The notes below the pieces were generated by a model. It searched no databases. It saw only the letters and a list, made by a program, of their open reading frames with translations, and was not told the DNA's origin. Below are positions 1-13,275 of a stretch of DNA of 64,000 nt, one piece after another. Every line of letters starts with the position of its first letter. Positions within the stretch are counted from its first letter, which is position 1. A program made the translations under genes and the position numbers. Source of the stretch: Malacoraja senta (lineage: Eukaryota); contig CM075978.1 in the NCBI GenBank assembly GCA_038087875.1, positions 140,492,001 through 140,556,000 on the forward strand, read 5' to 3'.

Positions 1-364
1 ATGTGGAAACACAACTGAAACATTTACAGCTGAACTCTGTTTTATTTACAGGATAAACGGTTAAGGAAACAATTGTTGTTCACTAAAATTAACTATCACC
101 AAAATAGAACCTCAACAAGCTGAATCGGCTAAAACAGACGAGTGGAAAATCATTAATGATCACAGCAATATTTATATTTGCAGAGTATCAGTTAATTCTT
201 TTGAAGATTTACATTGTTATGCCAATTTATCAATGCAGAAAGGATTGAGTCAAACAATTCTGGATACAGACACAAAATGCTGGAGTAACTCAACGGGACA
301 GGCAGCATCTTCAGTCTGAAGAAGGGTCTCGATCCTTTATGATGACAGAATGGGTCGATATGAT

Positions 365-752
365 GAAAGAATGGGTGGACTGGGCTTGTATTCACTGGAA
401 TTGACGGATGAGAGGGGATCTTATAGAAACATAAAATTCTGAAAGGATTGGACAGGCTAGATGCAGGAAAAAATGTCCCGATGTTGGGGGAGTCCAGAAC
501 CAGGGGCCACAGTTTAAGAATAAGCAGTCAGCCATTTAGGATTGAGATGAGGAAAAACCTCTTCACCCAGAGTTGTGAATCTGTTTTCCAGAGTTAGATT
601 TAGCTCTTGGGGCTCAAGGAATCAAGGGATATGGGGAAAATGCAGGAACTGTGTACTGATTTTAGATGATCAGCCATGATCATGTTGATTGCCGGTGCTG
701 GCTCGAAGGGCTCTGGGGCCTACTCCTGCACCTATTTTTCTATGTTTCTATG
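365..752 (+). mobile_element. CR1 LINE 3' fragment
   Basis: Degenerate ORF2 C-terminus (GLYSLE..RGDLIE, FFTQRV motifs), CR1 3' UTR and ctatgtttctatg tail. Flanked by Penelope terminal fragments at about 266-335 and 753-860. Confidence 0.85.
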
Positions 753-1915
753 AAATGTCACCCATTCCTTCTATCCAGAGATGCTGCCTGGCCCGCTGAG
801 TTACTTCAGCATTTTTTGTCTATCTTCGGTTCAAACCAGCATCTGCAGTTCCTTCCTACACTACTTGACTTTGATGCAGGTTTGGTGGAGGGTTCCACAA
901 AGAAATGCAAAATATCAAACCATGTTAGAAAATGCAGGAATCATTCAGCAGGTCAGGCAGCACCTGCGGGGGGAAAAAGAGTTCAAATGTTTTTCCTTGC
1001 TCTGTTATTGTACCTCCCTGATCTCATAGCTGCTTGGCCTTTAACATTGCTGTTAGGAAGCATCATGTTTTTCTCCCTGGCCATACTTGTTTAGTTTAGT
1101 TTAGAGATACAGCGCGAAAACAGGCCCTTGGGCCCACTGAGTCTGCTCCGACCAGCGATTGGTACCATTTTAAATGCAGAAGCCATCCATCATCACTGGG
1201 TTTTCAACCGCTCTGTCCAAGAGGCCTTGCAGCTTTTAAACTTTTCATTAATTTTTATGAGAAGTGGGCATGACTGTCATTTATTAGGCATCCCTGAATG
1301 CTTGAACCAATCTCTGTAATGGATTGTTTGGCTGTATCAGAAGAATGTTCAGGAACCAAGCACGCTGTTGGGTTTGGGTTGGTGTGTAGGCCAGACTGGG
1401 GAAGGACTGCAGAGTGCCATCCTTGAAACTATCTAACCAGATGTGTTCTGCAACCAGATGTGTTCTACCCGTTTCATGTCTATTGTAATGGATGTTATAA
1501 TTCCAGTCCAGTATGCTACTGTACCTTCAAGGTGAAGACTATGTTGGCTGGTCAGGCCTTTCGCTTATATAATTGGGAGGAATCTTGGGAGTTGCTTTTT
1601 GGAAAGTGAGAGCATGTGCAAAGAGTAAATGAAAATTAATTTCTGCAGACTGGGTCGAGTCCGAAATATCACCTATCCATGTTTTCCAGAGATGCTGCCT
1701 GACCTGCTGAGTTACTCAAATACCTTGTGTCCTTTTGTGTATTAACTAACATCTGCAGTTTCTTGTTTCTACAGTCTAATCTCAGATATTAATCGTGTTT
1801 CTCTTTTCACAGTTGCAGATTTACAGTATTTTTATTTTTTTATTTTGGACTTCTCCGTATGTTGTTTAATCGTTGCTTAATTGTGAGTGAGCTTTGTTTC
1901 CAAAGATGTTTTTAA

Positions 1916-2410
1916 GCACGGTGGCACAGCGGTAGAGTTGCTGCCTTACAGTGCCAGAGACCCGGGTTTGATCCTGACTATGGAAGCTGTCTGTAAGGAG
2001 TTTGTATTTTCTCCCTGCGATCTGCGTGGGTTTTCTCCGGTTTCCTCCCATTCTCTAAAGACGTACAAGTTTGTAGGCTAGTTGGCTTGGTTAAATTGCA
2101 AAGAGTTTTGTCATGAAGCAGACACCTAAACCTGGCAGAAATACTACACAGTGGAACAGCAGTAGAGTTGCTGCTTGACAGTGCCAAAGACCTGGTTCGA
2201 TCCTGACTACCGGAACTATCTGTAGGGACTTTGTACATTCTCCCTGTGACCGCATGTGTTTTCCCAGGTGCCCGTTTCCTCCAACATTCCAAAGACATGC
2301 AGGTTTCTGGTTAATTGACATCTTTAAATTGCCCCTGGTGTGCAGTGCATGGGTGATGACTGGTCAGTGTGGGCTGAAGGGCCTGTTTCCACGCTGTATA
2401 ACTAAACTAA
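1916..2410 (+). mobile_element. Two tandem HE1/V-SINE-type tRNA-derived SINEs
   Basis: A/B-box-like heads (ggtggcacagcggtagagttgctgcc...gggtttgatcct) at about 1917 and 2148. CR1-derived tail gggctgaagggcctgtttccacgctgtata(actaa)n. Confidence 0.85.
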
Positions 2411-2946
2411 AATTAAGGAACCCAAAAATCTATTGAGAATGAGGAAATGGAAGAAAACAAGTGCAAGCGAAATTGGTGAACATGAAAGCAAACAAATACA
2501 AGGACCTAGAGATCTGCGTCCTGGTGTTTTGAAAAATATAGCAAGATGATAACTAGGGCATTCACTAAGTCGCAGGTTCTGGAATTGTTCCTGTAGATGG
2601 AAGATGGCAAGCATGACCCTATTGCTGAAGAACAGTATATAGAACAATACAATACAGGAACAGGCCTTTGGCCTGTGATGGCTGTGCTGACCATGATGCC
2701 AACTTAAACTGGTTTATGTTCCTTAATTCACTGTCTATCTATGTGTTTAAATGCCTCTTAAACATTGGTTTTGTATCTACTTTCGCTACTTCCCCTCAAG
2801 GTACTCCCGCTTTGTGTATATTAAAAAAACTTTAAACTTTGCCGTCACTTCTTAAAGCTATGCCCTCTGGCAATTGACATTCCAACCCTGGGATAAAGAC
2901 TCCGTCTGCACAACCTGTCTATGCCCCTCATAATTTTATTTACTTA

Positions 2947-3593
2947 CTAGACCAAGTGCAGACCCATTGGGTCTGCTCCCCCAACGCACCCGTTCCCTAC
3001 ACATAGCCCCCACGGGAGGCTTGGTCCTCCAACTCAAGCCATTCACGAACGTAAGTGAAACTGATCACTGCTAGCCGAGCCATTGTGACGTCATCAGTTG
3101 AAGCTGGTCATTTTTAATTCAAAGTATTTTGATCTTTTTAAACTTTAATCAGTAATGTCGAGAAATAAAGCATAAAATGTTCAGTGAAGGTGATATCTGC
3201 CTAGAGGGGAATAATGTGAACCAGAATATGTAAATATCTTGTGAAAGTTGTCATTTTTAAAGCTTTAATCACGAATAACGTGAAATATAAGATGAAATAT
3301 TCAGTGAAGCTGATCACTGCTAGCCGGGCCATTGTGACGTCATCAGTGAAAGCTGGTCATTTTAAATTCAAAGTCTTTTGATGATTTTAAACTTACTTTT
3401 AATCAGTAATAAGTCGAGAAATAAAGCATAAAATGTTCAGTGAAGGTGTTCTCAGCCTTGAGGGGAAAAATGTCAATCAGAATATATGAAAATGTAATCG
3501 TTACCACGTAGTGTTTTTGCGAAGATGTAAAGACAACCACATATACACACACATATACAAACGTACAAGATCAGACTTTTAATAAGTATATGA
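2947..3593 (-). mobile_element. Non-autonomous Helitron
   Basis: On the minus strand it starts A|TC (tcatatacttattaaaag) and ends CTAG|T. A hairpin gcagaccca-t-tgggtctgc (2958-2976) lies 7 nt before the CTAG. No TSD. Internal tandem duplication with a period of about 250 bp. Inserted in a minus-strand CR1 3' fragment (about 2640-3760). Confidence 0.75.
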
Positions 3594-3824
3594 TATATGA
3601 TATGATGATGATATATCACCACTCAGCCTCTGGCACTCCACAGAAAACAATCCGTTCGTCTAAACGTTTCCTTACGTCTAATACTCTCTAATCCTGGAAA
3701 TATCCTGGTGAACTTCTTCTGTACCCACTCCAAAGCCTCCGCATCCTTCCTGTAATGTAGTGAAAGTGAAAACAGAAAAAATGGACAGAAAAAAATGGAC
3801 GGGAGCGAATGACTTTTTAGCCTA

Positions 3825-4370
3825 AAGTGAGTGGTCAGGGAAATACTGTGAACTATAATGAAGGAGGTGATTGCAGGATCCCTTAAAAGAATAATAGAAT
3901 TGAGCAAAGTCAGCATGGCTTTATGACAGGAAAATCATGTTTTACTGATCTTGTATTGATATTGATTCTTTGATGATGTGACTCATGGAATAGATAAGGG
4001 GTTCCAGTGAATGTGTTGTATTTGGATTTTCAAAAGGCTTTTGACCAGGTTCCACATAGAAAGTTGGTCAATACGGTTATACATATGGAATTGGGGATCA
4101 TGTGCCAACATAAATTTAGAATTGCTATCAGAAAATAAAAGCAAAGATCAGGAATAAAGCGACCCGTTGCAGGTTGCCAGGCTTAAATATTGGGATTACA
4201 GCTGGAGGGACCTGGGTTTGAGCACCACCTGTTCACGATCGATACCAATGCTTTGGCAGAGGCAATCGAATATCACATTTCTAAGATTGTTTACGATACC
4301 AAGTGAGATAAGATTATAAATATGGAGGAAGATGTCGAGAGGCTTTGAGGGAATTTTCATGGGCTATGAG
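3825..4370 (+). mobile_element. Degenerate CR1 reverse-transcriptase fragment
   Basis: SQHGFM, YLDFQKAFD and SK..DTK remnants with many stops and frameshifts. Confidence 0.75.
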
Positions 4371-6303
4371 ACACAGAGCATCTCTGGAGAACATGGATCA
4401 GTGATGCTTCGGGTTGAACATGCATAGGAAACGGGGGTCTCGATCTGAAACATCACCTATCCATGCTCTCCAGAGATGCTGCCTGACCTGCTAAGTTACT
4501 CCAGCACTTTGTGTCCTTTTGTGTATTAGCCCGCATCAGCAGCTCTTTGTTTCTACATTCTGAAGACTTTATTTTACATTATTGAAAACTTTGCAGAAGA
4601 AGAATCCAACTTTTTGCTGAAACATACTTTGCATTTTGTCTTTAAATTTGGGTCTGCTAACTATGTCTACTGGGGGATGCGATCATGCATATCTGGAAAC
4701 AGTGGAATAGTTATCTGTATGGACTGCAAAAGGAAGAGCTGACATCAGCAATTCTCACATCTGCTTTCTCTGAAGAATTGAGTGTTCTTGGAAATATTGA
4801 AGCATAAAATAAGCTGCTTACAATTTAGGTAGCTGGAGATTTTCTTTTGTTACTTAATGAATTTACTTTGGAATAAATTTCTATCCAGAACAGAATCAGA
4901 AAAGATCAAATGATATGTGGTTAAAAGTTAATGGCATTTTTGCTTTTGGTAATTGCACTTTGGGATCCATATATAGATTTGTTGCTGCCTGATGTATTTT
5001 GTTGAATAATTGCTAATTACTTCACTTGCAGCATTTTGTAACTTTTAAATTGTTACGCTGACTATAAGCTTGAAGACTTTCAATTTAAACATGTACAATA
5101 TTCACATCATATGAAGTTCCAGCCTCTTATGCCTTTTTGCGAAAGGTGGAAAATCGATGGAATTGCCAATAGCATCGGCCTAGTTTGCTCTTGTCATGTG
5201 CTTCAGCTATGTGGCGAGTTTTAATTTCAGTTCAAGAGTCAATTGTTTTACTGTTACGTCCTGAAACAGAATAATCAAATTCTTACGTATGGATTCTTCT
5301 CTCCATAGATGCTGCCCTCACCCGCTGAGTTCCTCCAGCATTTTTGTCTACCTTCAATTTTTCCAGCATCTGCAGTTCTTTCTTAAAAATTAAATTCTTG
5401 CCGTATGTGTGTATGTATGTATGTATGTATGTGGATGTGTATATATGAGTGTATACAGTCACACGCGTGTTGAAGTGCCCACGCAAGTACGCATGCACAG
5501 ACAAAAACAATGCCCCCAAGTCTATGTAGTTCAAAGCTAATTTAGAGATTGTAGCTTTAATAGCCTGATGGTTGCTATTAATTTGTACTTTATCCCAGCT
5601 GAATGAATTAGAACTCTAATTGAGACTCCACCTCCCTTTGGTGTATTTCTAGTTAAATAGCACAGAATAAGTAACATTTATTAAATTGTTTTGTGTTGAC
5701 TTGATACAGATTAGGAGATCCATTAGAAGTGTCGTTCGCAGTCTATGCATAATTGCTACATGTGCGCAAAGGAGCATTTTCTTTTGACAGCATCACCAGC
5801 TACGGGTCAGGAATCCTTCTATGAAGTTAGGACATAAAAAAATTGCAGCAGACCTTTAAATATTTTGGAACATGAAGTGAGTGAAAGCTTTCCAATTTCT
5901 TTGTTGATATGGTTGTCTTGGCTGCACACTGAGCTATTTGAACTCTGTAACCTCCAGTGTTTAAAGTTGCTGCCTTTTTAAACATGAACTAGTTTGCTTT
6001 GTTATTAAATACAACCTTTAACTGCAGATCCAGTCCTGAGTGTAAAATCAGAGTTCTCTGTTTGCCTATAATGTGAAGTGTAGAAAAAACGTGGCAAATT
6101 TATAACGCTCCAACAAACATGATCACTTACTCCAATTGCTCCTTCAGATTGCTTCCGGAAACCTCTGCAAAATCTTTGTAATCCAGAGAACAAAAGCTTT
6201 TTATTGTACCTCGGTACACGTGACACTAAATTAAACTAAACTAGAGCAGTTGCCCACCTGATACTAAGAGAGGGAACAAAATCAAAGCAGCAGTTAGGAG
6301 TAA

Positions 6304-6530
6304 AGGGCCTGTCCCACTTTCACGACCTAATTCACAACCTCTGCCGAGTTTGCCCTTGACTCATACTTGCAGCGTGGTTGTCACGAGGTCGTAAGTAGGT
6401 CGTAGGAGGTCGTGATGCTAGTCGTAGGTACTCGTGGCATCAAGTAGGTCGGAGAGTTTTTCTAGCATGATAAAAAATATCCACGAGTAAAAAAGATTGT
6501 AAATTAGGACGTGAAAGTGGGACAGGCCCT
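6304..6530. mobile_element. PIF/Harbinger-type MITE
   Basis: TIRs of about 34 bp (AGGGCCTGTCCCACTTTCACGACCTAATT...) and a TAA TSD (6301-6303, 6531-6533). Removing the element restores the Penelope consensus ggagtaactcagcg. Confidence 0.85.
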
Positions 6531-6742
6531 TAACTCAGCGGGACAGACAGCATCTCTGGAGAGATGAAATGAGTGACATTTCGGGTCGAGACCCTTCTCG
6601 ACCCGAAACGTAGTCTGAAGAAGGGTCTCGACCTGAAATGTCACCCATTCCTTCTCTTCAGAGATGCTGTCTGTCCCGCTGAGTTACTCCAGCATTTTGT
6701 GATATCTTCGGTTTAAACCAGCATCTACAGTTCCTTCCTACA
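6531..6742. mobile_element. Penelope-like terminal repeat, fold-back pair
   Basis: Inverted copies of the taactcagcgggacaggcagcatctctggaga...tttcgggtcgagaccc unit around agtctgaagaagggtctcgac. Confidence 0.75.
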
Positions 6743-7372
6743 TATCCAAACAACAGTTATCCTTTTACAAAATTGCTATGTACACTACTCCCTTTTAATG
6801 TAAAATAACAGTTGCAGACATTTATGGACTTGAGGAAATAGCTGCATTGAAAAAATATATATAATTTGAACTGCAGATTTTCTCACTCTGTGGGACCTTC
6901 TTCGTGGTGCTGTGTTGACTGATGTCTCTCTAACCCACTCTATATGCTGTCTGACCAACCATCTCAGAATTTACAATGATCTCCCTTGGGCTGTCAATAA
7001 CTTCCTTGCATTCTACTGTGAAATTCTCTACCAGCATGTACTGAACTGATGATTTGATATATCATCATTCCTTGCATCTTGGAAGTTGTGTACAAGCAAT
7101 GAATAATCTACACACAAACTTAACTAAACTTTCTGTTTGACTGTCAATGAATAATTCTTGTTTTGACATATCTTAGCCTTTTCCTGCAACTAGTCTGGAT
7201 GTCTGTGTCTGTAATTACCTGGACCTTGGCATTCACTCAAAACTAACTTTCTTTGTCATAGTTGCAAATGGCACCATTGGCTCCCTCCCCTCCACTCTCC
7301 CCTCTAAATGTAGCCGCACATTGTTTAACCTTACCCTGAGCCAGTGGATCATCAGCATCTCAGTCAGAGTGT

Positions 7373-8303
7373 ATGTGCCAAATTTTCTCCAACTAAATAA
7401 GGACAAAACGGAGATAATTGTTTTTGGTGCTAAAAAAGAAAGGCTTAAAGTAACCCAACACCTTCACTCCCTGTCCCTGAAAACTTCAAACAAAGCCAGA
7501 AATCTCGGGGTTATTATGGATTCAGATTTACATTTCGACAGTCACATCAAATCAGTAACAAAATCGGCCTACTATCACCTCAAAAACGTAGCAAGACTAA
7601 GAGGACTCATGTCAGCTCAAGACTTAGAAAAACTTGTACATGCCTTTATTACTAGTAGGCTAGATTATTGTAACGGTCTCCTTGCAGGTCTTCCGAAAAA
7701 AAAACTGTCAGGCAGCTACAGCTTGTTCAGAACGCTGTTGCCAGAGTTCTAACAAAGACCAAAAAATTTGAACACATTACACCAATTCTTAAATCCTTAC
7801 AATGGCTCCCTGCATGTCAGAGAATTGATTTCAAAATCCTGCTGCTCACCTATAAATCACTACATGGTTTAGGGCCAAAGTATATCACTGACATGCTTCC
7901 ACTATATAAGCCTTCTAGACCGCTAAGATCTTCTGAGACCAATCTGTTAGTGATTCCCAGAGTAAATACAAAACATGGAAAAGCAGGATTTAGTTACTAT
8001 GCAACAAATAGCTAGAATAAACTTCCTGAAGATTTAAGACTTGCCCCTACTTTCACCACTTTTAAAACAAGACTGAAAACTTTTATGTTTACTTTAGCTT
8101 TCAGCTAAATCTTAACTACATTGCACTTTTAACTTTTGCACTTTTTTATAATGCATTTTTAACTTTTCTTTTCTTTTCTTTTAATTCTTCTATTTTATTT
8201 CATTTTATTGTATGACGTGTTTTTATGTGAAGCACTTTGAGTCTGCCTCGTGTATGAAATGTGCTATATATATATAAAGTTGCAGTTGCAGTTGCAGTTG
8301 CAG
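7373..8303 (+). mobile_element. 5'-truncated L2-clade LINE (ORF2 C-terminus, 3' UTR and (GTTGCA)n tail)
   Basis: LQLNKDKTE, ARNLGVIMDSDL, LVHAFITSRLDYCN and HITPIL..L.WLP motifs. Frameshift in the A-run near 7700. The 3' end gcactttgag...aaatgtgctatata is L2-typical. Confidence 0.9.
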
Positions 8304-8599
8304 TATGCAGTAGTGGTATGTGTTTTGTCCTACATGATCAAGAAACACAGTAGGTGTGTGTTGCGTAGATCTGTCCGACCAGTGATCCATTAGCCATTAC
8401 TTTAAAACCTTCTTCACAGTCTGATTAGAGTGCTCGGTTTTCCCCATTTGAGATGGGGGAAATCGAGATGGGAGATTGACAATGTTGACAATGTCCCAAA
8501 TTGTCTGGACCTGAACATGGTGCATTGACTGGAACAATTCCACTACCAACCCGATAATGCTGAAGATATTCCATTTGCTTGTGGTGGCCATTTAATAGG

Positions 8600-9250
8600 A
8601 AACAGAATAGCTGTGAAAACTTTGTTTGGACTGGAAAGAAATGTACATTGGAGTTCCCCAGGGCCGGCATTTCTTAATGTGAAGGTCTTGAACAAAACTT
8701 GCAAATGACAACAAAAAAAACATGAGGTGCAGTGAACTGTGAGTAGGATTGAAAAAATATTTCATTTGGCGGGCGAAAGTGGTGGTGTGAGAGTAAGGAG
8801 GGGGGTTAGAGAGGTGGCAGATGAAGCATCTTGGTGAGAATGTAAGGTGTTATTTTTTTGGTGGAAAGAATAAGCTGAGCCAATTATAGAATACAGTTGT
8901 GGGGCATGTGAATTTAACTCTGATAAGTGTGAGGTGTTGTACTTGGGTAAGTCAAATTAGGGCAGGACTTCAACAGCAAATGGTAGAGCCGTGCACAGTG
9001 TTGCGGAACAGGAAAATCGAGGAGTATGGGTGCATTGTTCTCTAAAAATGACAGTTCAGGTGGACAGGGTGATGAAACAGTTCAGCACACTTGCCCTAAT
9101 TTGGAAGAGTATCGAGTACAAAAGTTGGGACATGATGACACAAGACATTGTGAGACACACTTGGAGTACTGTGTGCAGTTCTGGTTGCCCGGCAGGAGGA
9201 AAGAAGTCATTAACATGGAAAGGATTCAAAAGAAATTCACCAGAATGTTA
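8600..9250 (+). mobile_element. Degenerate CR1 ORF2 fragments
   Basis: GVPQG, DKCEV, HLEYCVQFW and ERIQKKFTRM remnants. Confidence 0.75.
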
Positions 9251-9409
9251 CCTTTTTTTTAAAAACAAAATGTTTTAATGTTATGTGGTGGTGTTTCCTT
9301 TGTTTTAGCAAGCAACAATGTACATTAAGAGAGGTGTTTAGAGCAAATGAACTTAAGTACCGGGTGAGCGCTGTGGCGGCGCAGTGGGAAGCTCCCGGCT
9401 AATACAGCC

Positions 9410-10265
9410 CCTCATACTTTCTCAGTTAAACTCCATTTACCCTTTCTCTGCCCATAGCTGTGGCTGATCTATATATATTGCAAACAATGGAGGGCCCAGC
9501 ACATATTCCTGCAGAACTCCACTGGTCACAGACCTCCTGCAAGAATCACATCATATAACCATATAACCAAACATCTTTCCACCATGACCCCCTATCTTTT
9601 ATGCGTAAGCCAGTTCTCAAATCCAAACGACTTAAGTTGTTGTGGTCCCACACATCTTAATCTTCTGGATCAGCCCACTGTGAGGGACTTTATCAAATGC
9701 CTTATTATAATTCTTGTACACAACATCCACTGTCCTAACCTTATCAATCACATTCGTCACCCGAAAAAAACTCAAATCAAGTTCGAAAGACATGACCGGC
9801 ATTGGACAAAGCCATGCTGACTGTCCCCAAGTAGCCCATTCTCTTCCAAATGAGAGTAAATCCTATCCAAAATATCCTTTCCAATAGCTTCCCAACCACT
9901 GACGTCAGGTTCGCCATCCTATTATTTCCTGGGTAGACAAAAATGCTGGAGAAACTCAGCGGGTGCAGCAGCATCTATGGAGCAAAGGAAATAGGCAACG
10001 TTTCGGGCCAAAACCCTTCTTCAGACGTTCTTCGGCCCAAAACGTTGCCCATTTCCTTCGCGCCATAGATGCTGCTGCACCCGCTGAGTTTCTCCAGCAT
10101 TTTTGTCTACCTTCGATTTTCCAGCATCTGCAGTTCCTTCTTAAACTATAATGTCCTGGATTGCCTCTACTTCCCTTCTTAAACAAAATAGCAATATTGA
10201 CTATTGTCCAGCCCTCCAGGGCCTTGCCTGTTGGCCGGCAGAGATGCAAAGGTCTTTGTCAAGGC
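9410..10265 (-). mobile_element. CR1 RT fragment interrupted by a fold-back Penelope fragment (9932-10146)
   Basis: LFKKG, LTSVVGKLLE and SQHGFV motifs. The insert is flanked by an imperfect ~14-bp duplication (ctattatttcctgg / ctataatgtcctgg). Confidence 0.8.
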
Positions 10266-11049
10266 TCCAAAATTGTTTTTTTGAGAGAGGTACAATAACA
10301 GAGCAAGGAAAAACATTTGAATAAAGGATCTCCTCTGTGACTAGTATTGGTATCATTTGCTTGAATTATAAGAGTTTATTGGACAACTTAAGCCCTTGAA
10401 CCAGCACAATTAGTTCACGATTTACAATTGGGGTTGTACAATTTAAATTAACTTTAACAAGGCATTCAAACTGAAAGAAAGACAATGATAGCATTTCTCT
10501 CAACTCCCTTTCAGGGTATCCAAAAGCACTTTGCAGCTAATGGAACACTTTGTGTAGTGACTGGCTTTGCTGCATTGTAGGAAATACAACTCAAAGGACA
10601 AAGTTTATAATTAAGAACTACAGGAATTAAAAATACATGTGCTGACATGCTATATTAAAAGTACCTGGAACAAAATGATTACTCTTTGGGCCCTTATCTC
10701 TCAGATCTATCAATTTATTTTTGAAATGCCAGAGAAATGACTCAACATCACCCAAATATACAGCATCAGTTCACGTTTTAGCACTAACAACACCCAGCAC
10801 TATCTCAACACCAATGTTCACGACGTCTCCATGATCTTTCAATTCTCAAACTACCAAAATTATCACCACCTCCACCGTCAGTAATTGCTGGCCTACACCA
10901 ACTCTCAGTTATGTAATGTCTCGGTTTTACAGTTCCCACCAAATTGTTTTCGAATTGTCCACAGTCTCTCTTCTCTCCACATGTGATCTCCTATTCCGTG
11001 AGCCTCAAGTTCTGTTAGCACTCCTCCAGTTCTAGCCTCTGAATGCAAA

Positions 11050-11380
11050 TCCAAGACAATATTTTTCCCAAGGTAGGAGAGTCTAAAACCAGGAGGCAAA
11101 GATTCAAGGTGAGAACGGAAAGATCTTAAATGGAGCCAAGAGGCAACTTGTTCACACAATGGGAGATGAGTACATGGAACAAGCTACCAGGGGTAAATGT
11201 GAGGGGTGGGGGGTGTTCAATTGCAATGTTTGAAAGGCATTTAGACAGGTACATACATAAGTGAAGTGTGGAGGAATATGGAGAAAATGCAGGCAAATAG
11301 GACACACTCAATTAGACAACTTTGTTGGCATGTAACAGTTGGCCCAAAAGGGCTGTTCAGGTGCTGCATATCCCTATAAT
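11050..11380 (+). mobile_element. CR1 3' end
   Basis: FPKVGESKTR..RFKV and WNKLP motifs followed by the CR1 3' UTR. Confidence 0.75.
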
Positions 11381-11984
11381 TCCGTTGGGTGGCAAGGAGA
11401 GAACGCCAACTAAGTCTTCCTCAATAAAATATTGATAGTATGATCACAAAACTCAACTTTGTCTGAAAGATAAACACCTCATAGGAACATCTTCAATCCT
11501 GGTGCAGTTATTTGTGAGATTATTGCAAGGAAGAATGTCAAAAAATACAGCAAGAAATTGATCTGTTGGAAATTTGGGTCAGGAAGTGGCAGATGGAGTT
11601 TCATTTGGACAAGTGTGAGGTGTTGCACTTTGGGAGGTCAAATTCCAGTGGAAACTATCCTGAAAATGCAGCACCTTTAGCAGCATTGATGTACATAGGA
11701 ATCTTGGGGTGCAAGATCACAGCTTGCTGAAAGTGCAACACAAGTAGAAAGCGTGGTAAAGGCGGCACTTGGTAGAGTCACACAGCATGGCAATAGGCCC
11801 AACGGCTACTTTTGTTTTTGCTGTTTTCCCGATCAGGTTTGTCAAGTCCTATTTGCCTTTTTGAACAATTTTGAATTTTGAATCTAATTGGCTAGCTGAC
11901 TCTGGATCCCATGTGATATGATCTTCCAGGCGAGGCTAACATGCCAAGAATGGAGGGGACAAAATACTCTAATATAGAGAGGGA

Positions 11985-12650
11985 GCCAGTAACCACTGGA
12001 AGGAACACCTCAACAACTTCTGAACTATGCCTCCGTCACTGATGCGAGTGATTTTAACTCCATCCACAGCAAATTGTCCTGTCTCGCCCCTATGTCACGT
12101 CTGACCAAATACCAGCTCAAAATCACGACTTCTGAATCAAACAGTGTTCCATACTGAAGCTCAAAAAAACTTGATAGAGAGGAAACAACAAACAATCTGT
12201 TGGAGGAACTAATCAGACCTGGCAGCAACAGTAGAGAGAAATAGACGGTCAACGTTTCGACTGGATGAACAACGGACATGTCCACGAGACAACTCTCAGA
12301 GAAATGTAGGGAGCAGCATCACTTGCAAATCGTTACATTATGACTCCAAGAAGCCTTTGGTTTTCAATTGAGAGAGTGTTGTACTCTTCTCAAGTAGGGC
12401 TGCATGGAGGAGTCAGTCATCTTGCCATGATCACACTCCACTGTTGGGATCTCAGTGCAGGCTGCTGTACAGCAATTCGATAAATCCTTCCAAGGACTAG
12501 CACCAGCTCGATGGAGTGAATGGGCCACTGCAGGCTGTATCAGCAACAAGTTATATTTACAGAGCTCCTTCAATGCTGCAAAGGAACACGCAATGCTCTC
12601 CAACAGCATTTTAAAGCAACAATCAATATCTTGCTCCATAAATAGATAAG
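11985..12650 (+). mobile_element. Old RTE-clade LINE fragment
   Basis: Remnants resembling HWKEH, RQL.EKCREQH and KAF; heavily decayed. Confidence 0.5.
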
Positions 12651-13098
12651 AGGGGAGGGGACCAAATGCTTGGTCAAAGATGCAATGCGAGGAGGAGTGA
12701 GGTAAAAGAGTTGCAGGGGTATTGGTGGACGTTTATACTTTAGATACTTGACAACTTGAAGGCAAGTGACCAATGATAGAAGCAATTAATACAGGGCTGC
12801 CAACGCTCACGCTTTGAGCGCGAGTCACGCATTTCAGCCAATTCACATGGTGATGACAGAATTCTCACGCAGTCTTCATTCCCTACACAGTTTGTCTCTG
12901 CGCCACATGACAGCGATCTGTGCGGTTTGGGGAAGTGCGTCGGTTGACGGCTGTGAGTGACGTCGCATCTCTTCTCTTCTCTCTTGGTCAGATGTGCAGC
13001 CGCCGACAACATGAAGCAGCCGGAGATGGAACTAACTAGGTGAATCGGTTGTAAAACATGGAGTGGGGGGGGACCACAATGAGGCCAAACATCTAGGA

Positions 13099-13275
13099 CA
13101 GGGTTCGGCAACCTACGGCACACGGGCCGAATCCGGCCCGTAACCCGAAAAACCATGAGGTTTTTTTCAATTCGTTTTCGCGGGGTCGGGCAGGCGAGCC
13201 GACCTGGGAACTGCAGCAAGTCCCTGGTACGCGAGCTGATCTGGGAACGGCAGCCAGTCCCGGGGCACGCAGAAT
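13099..13275. mobile_element. hAT-Charlie-type left end with GC-rich interior (right end not found)
   Basis: cagggttcggcaacctacggcacacgggccgaatccggcccg is the same family as the end at 28894. Preceded by an NTCTAG-type target, atctagga. Confidence 0.65.

Noticed and set aside
52-123. Possible plus-strand last exon DKRLRKQLLFTKINYHQNRTSTS* after ttttatttacag
   Set aside because: Only an acceptor-like site at the window edge; no homology recognised.
1916-1990. tRNA-like sequence
   Set aside because: It is the head of a multi-copy SINE, not a tRNA gene.
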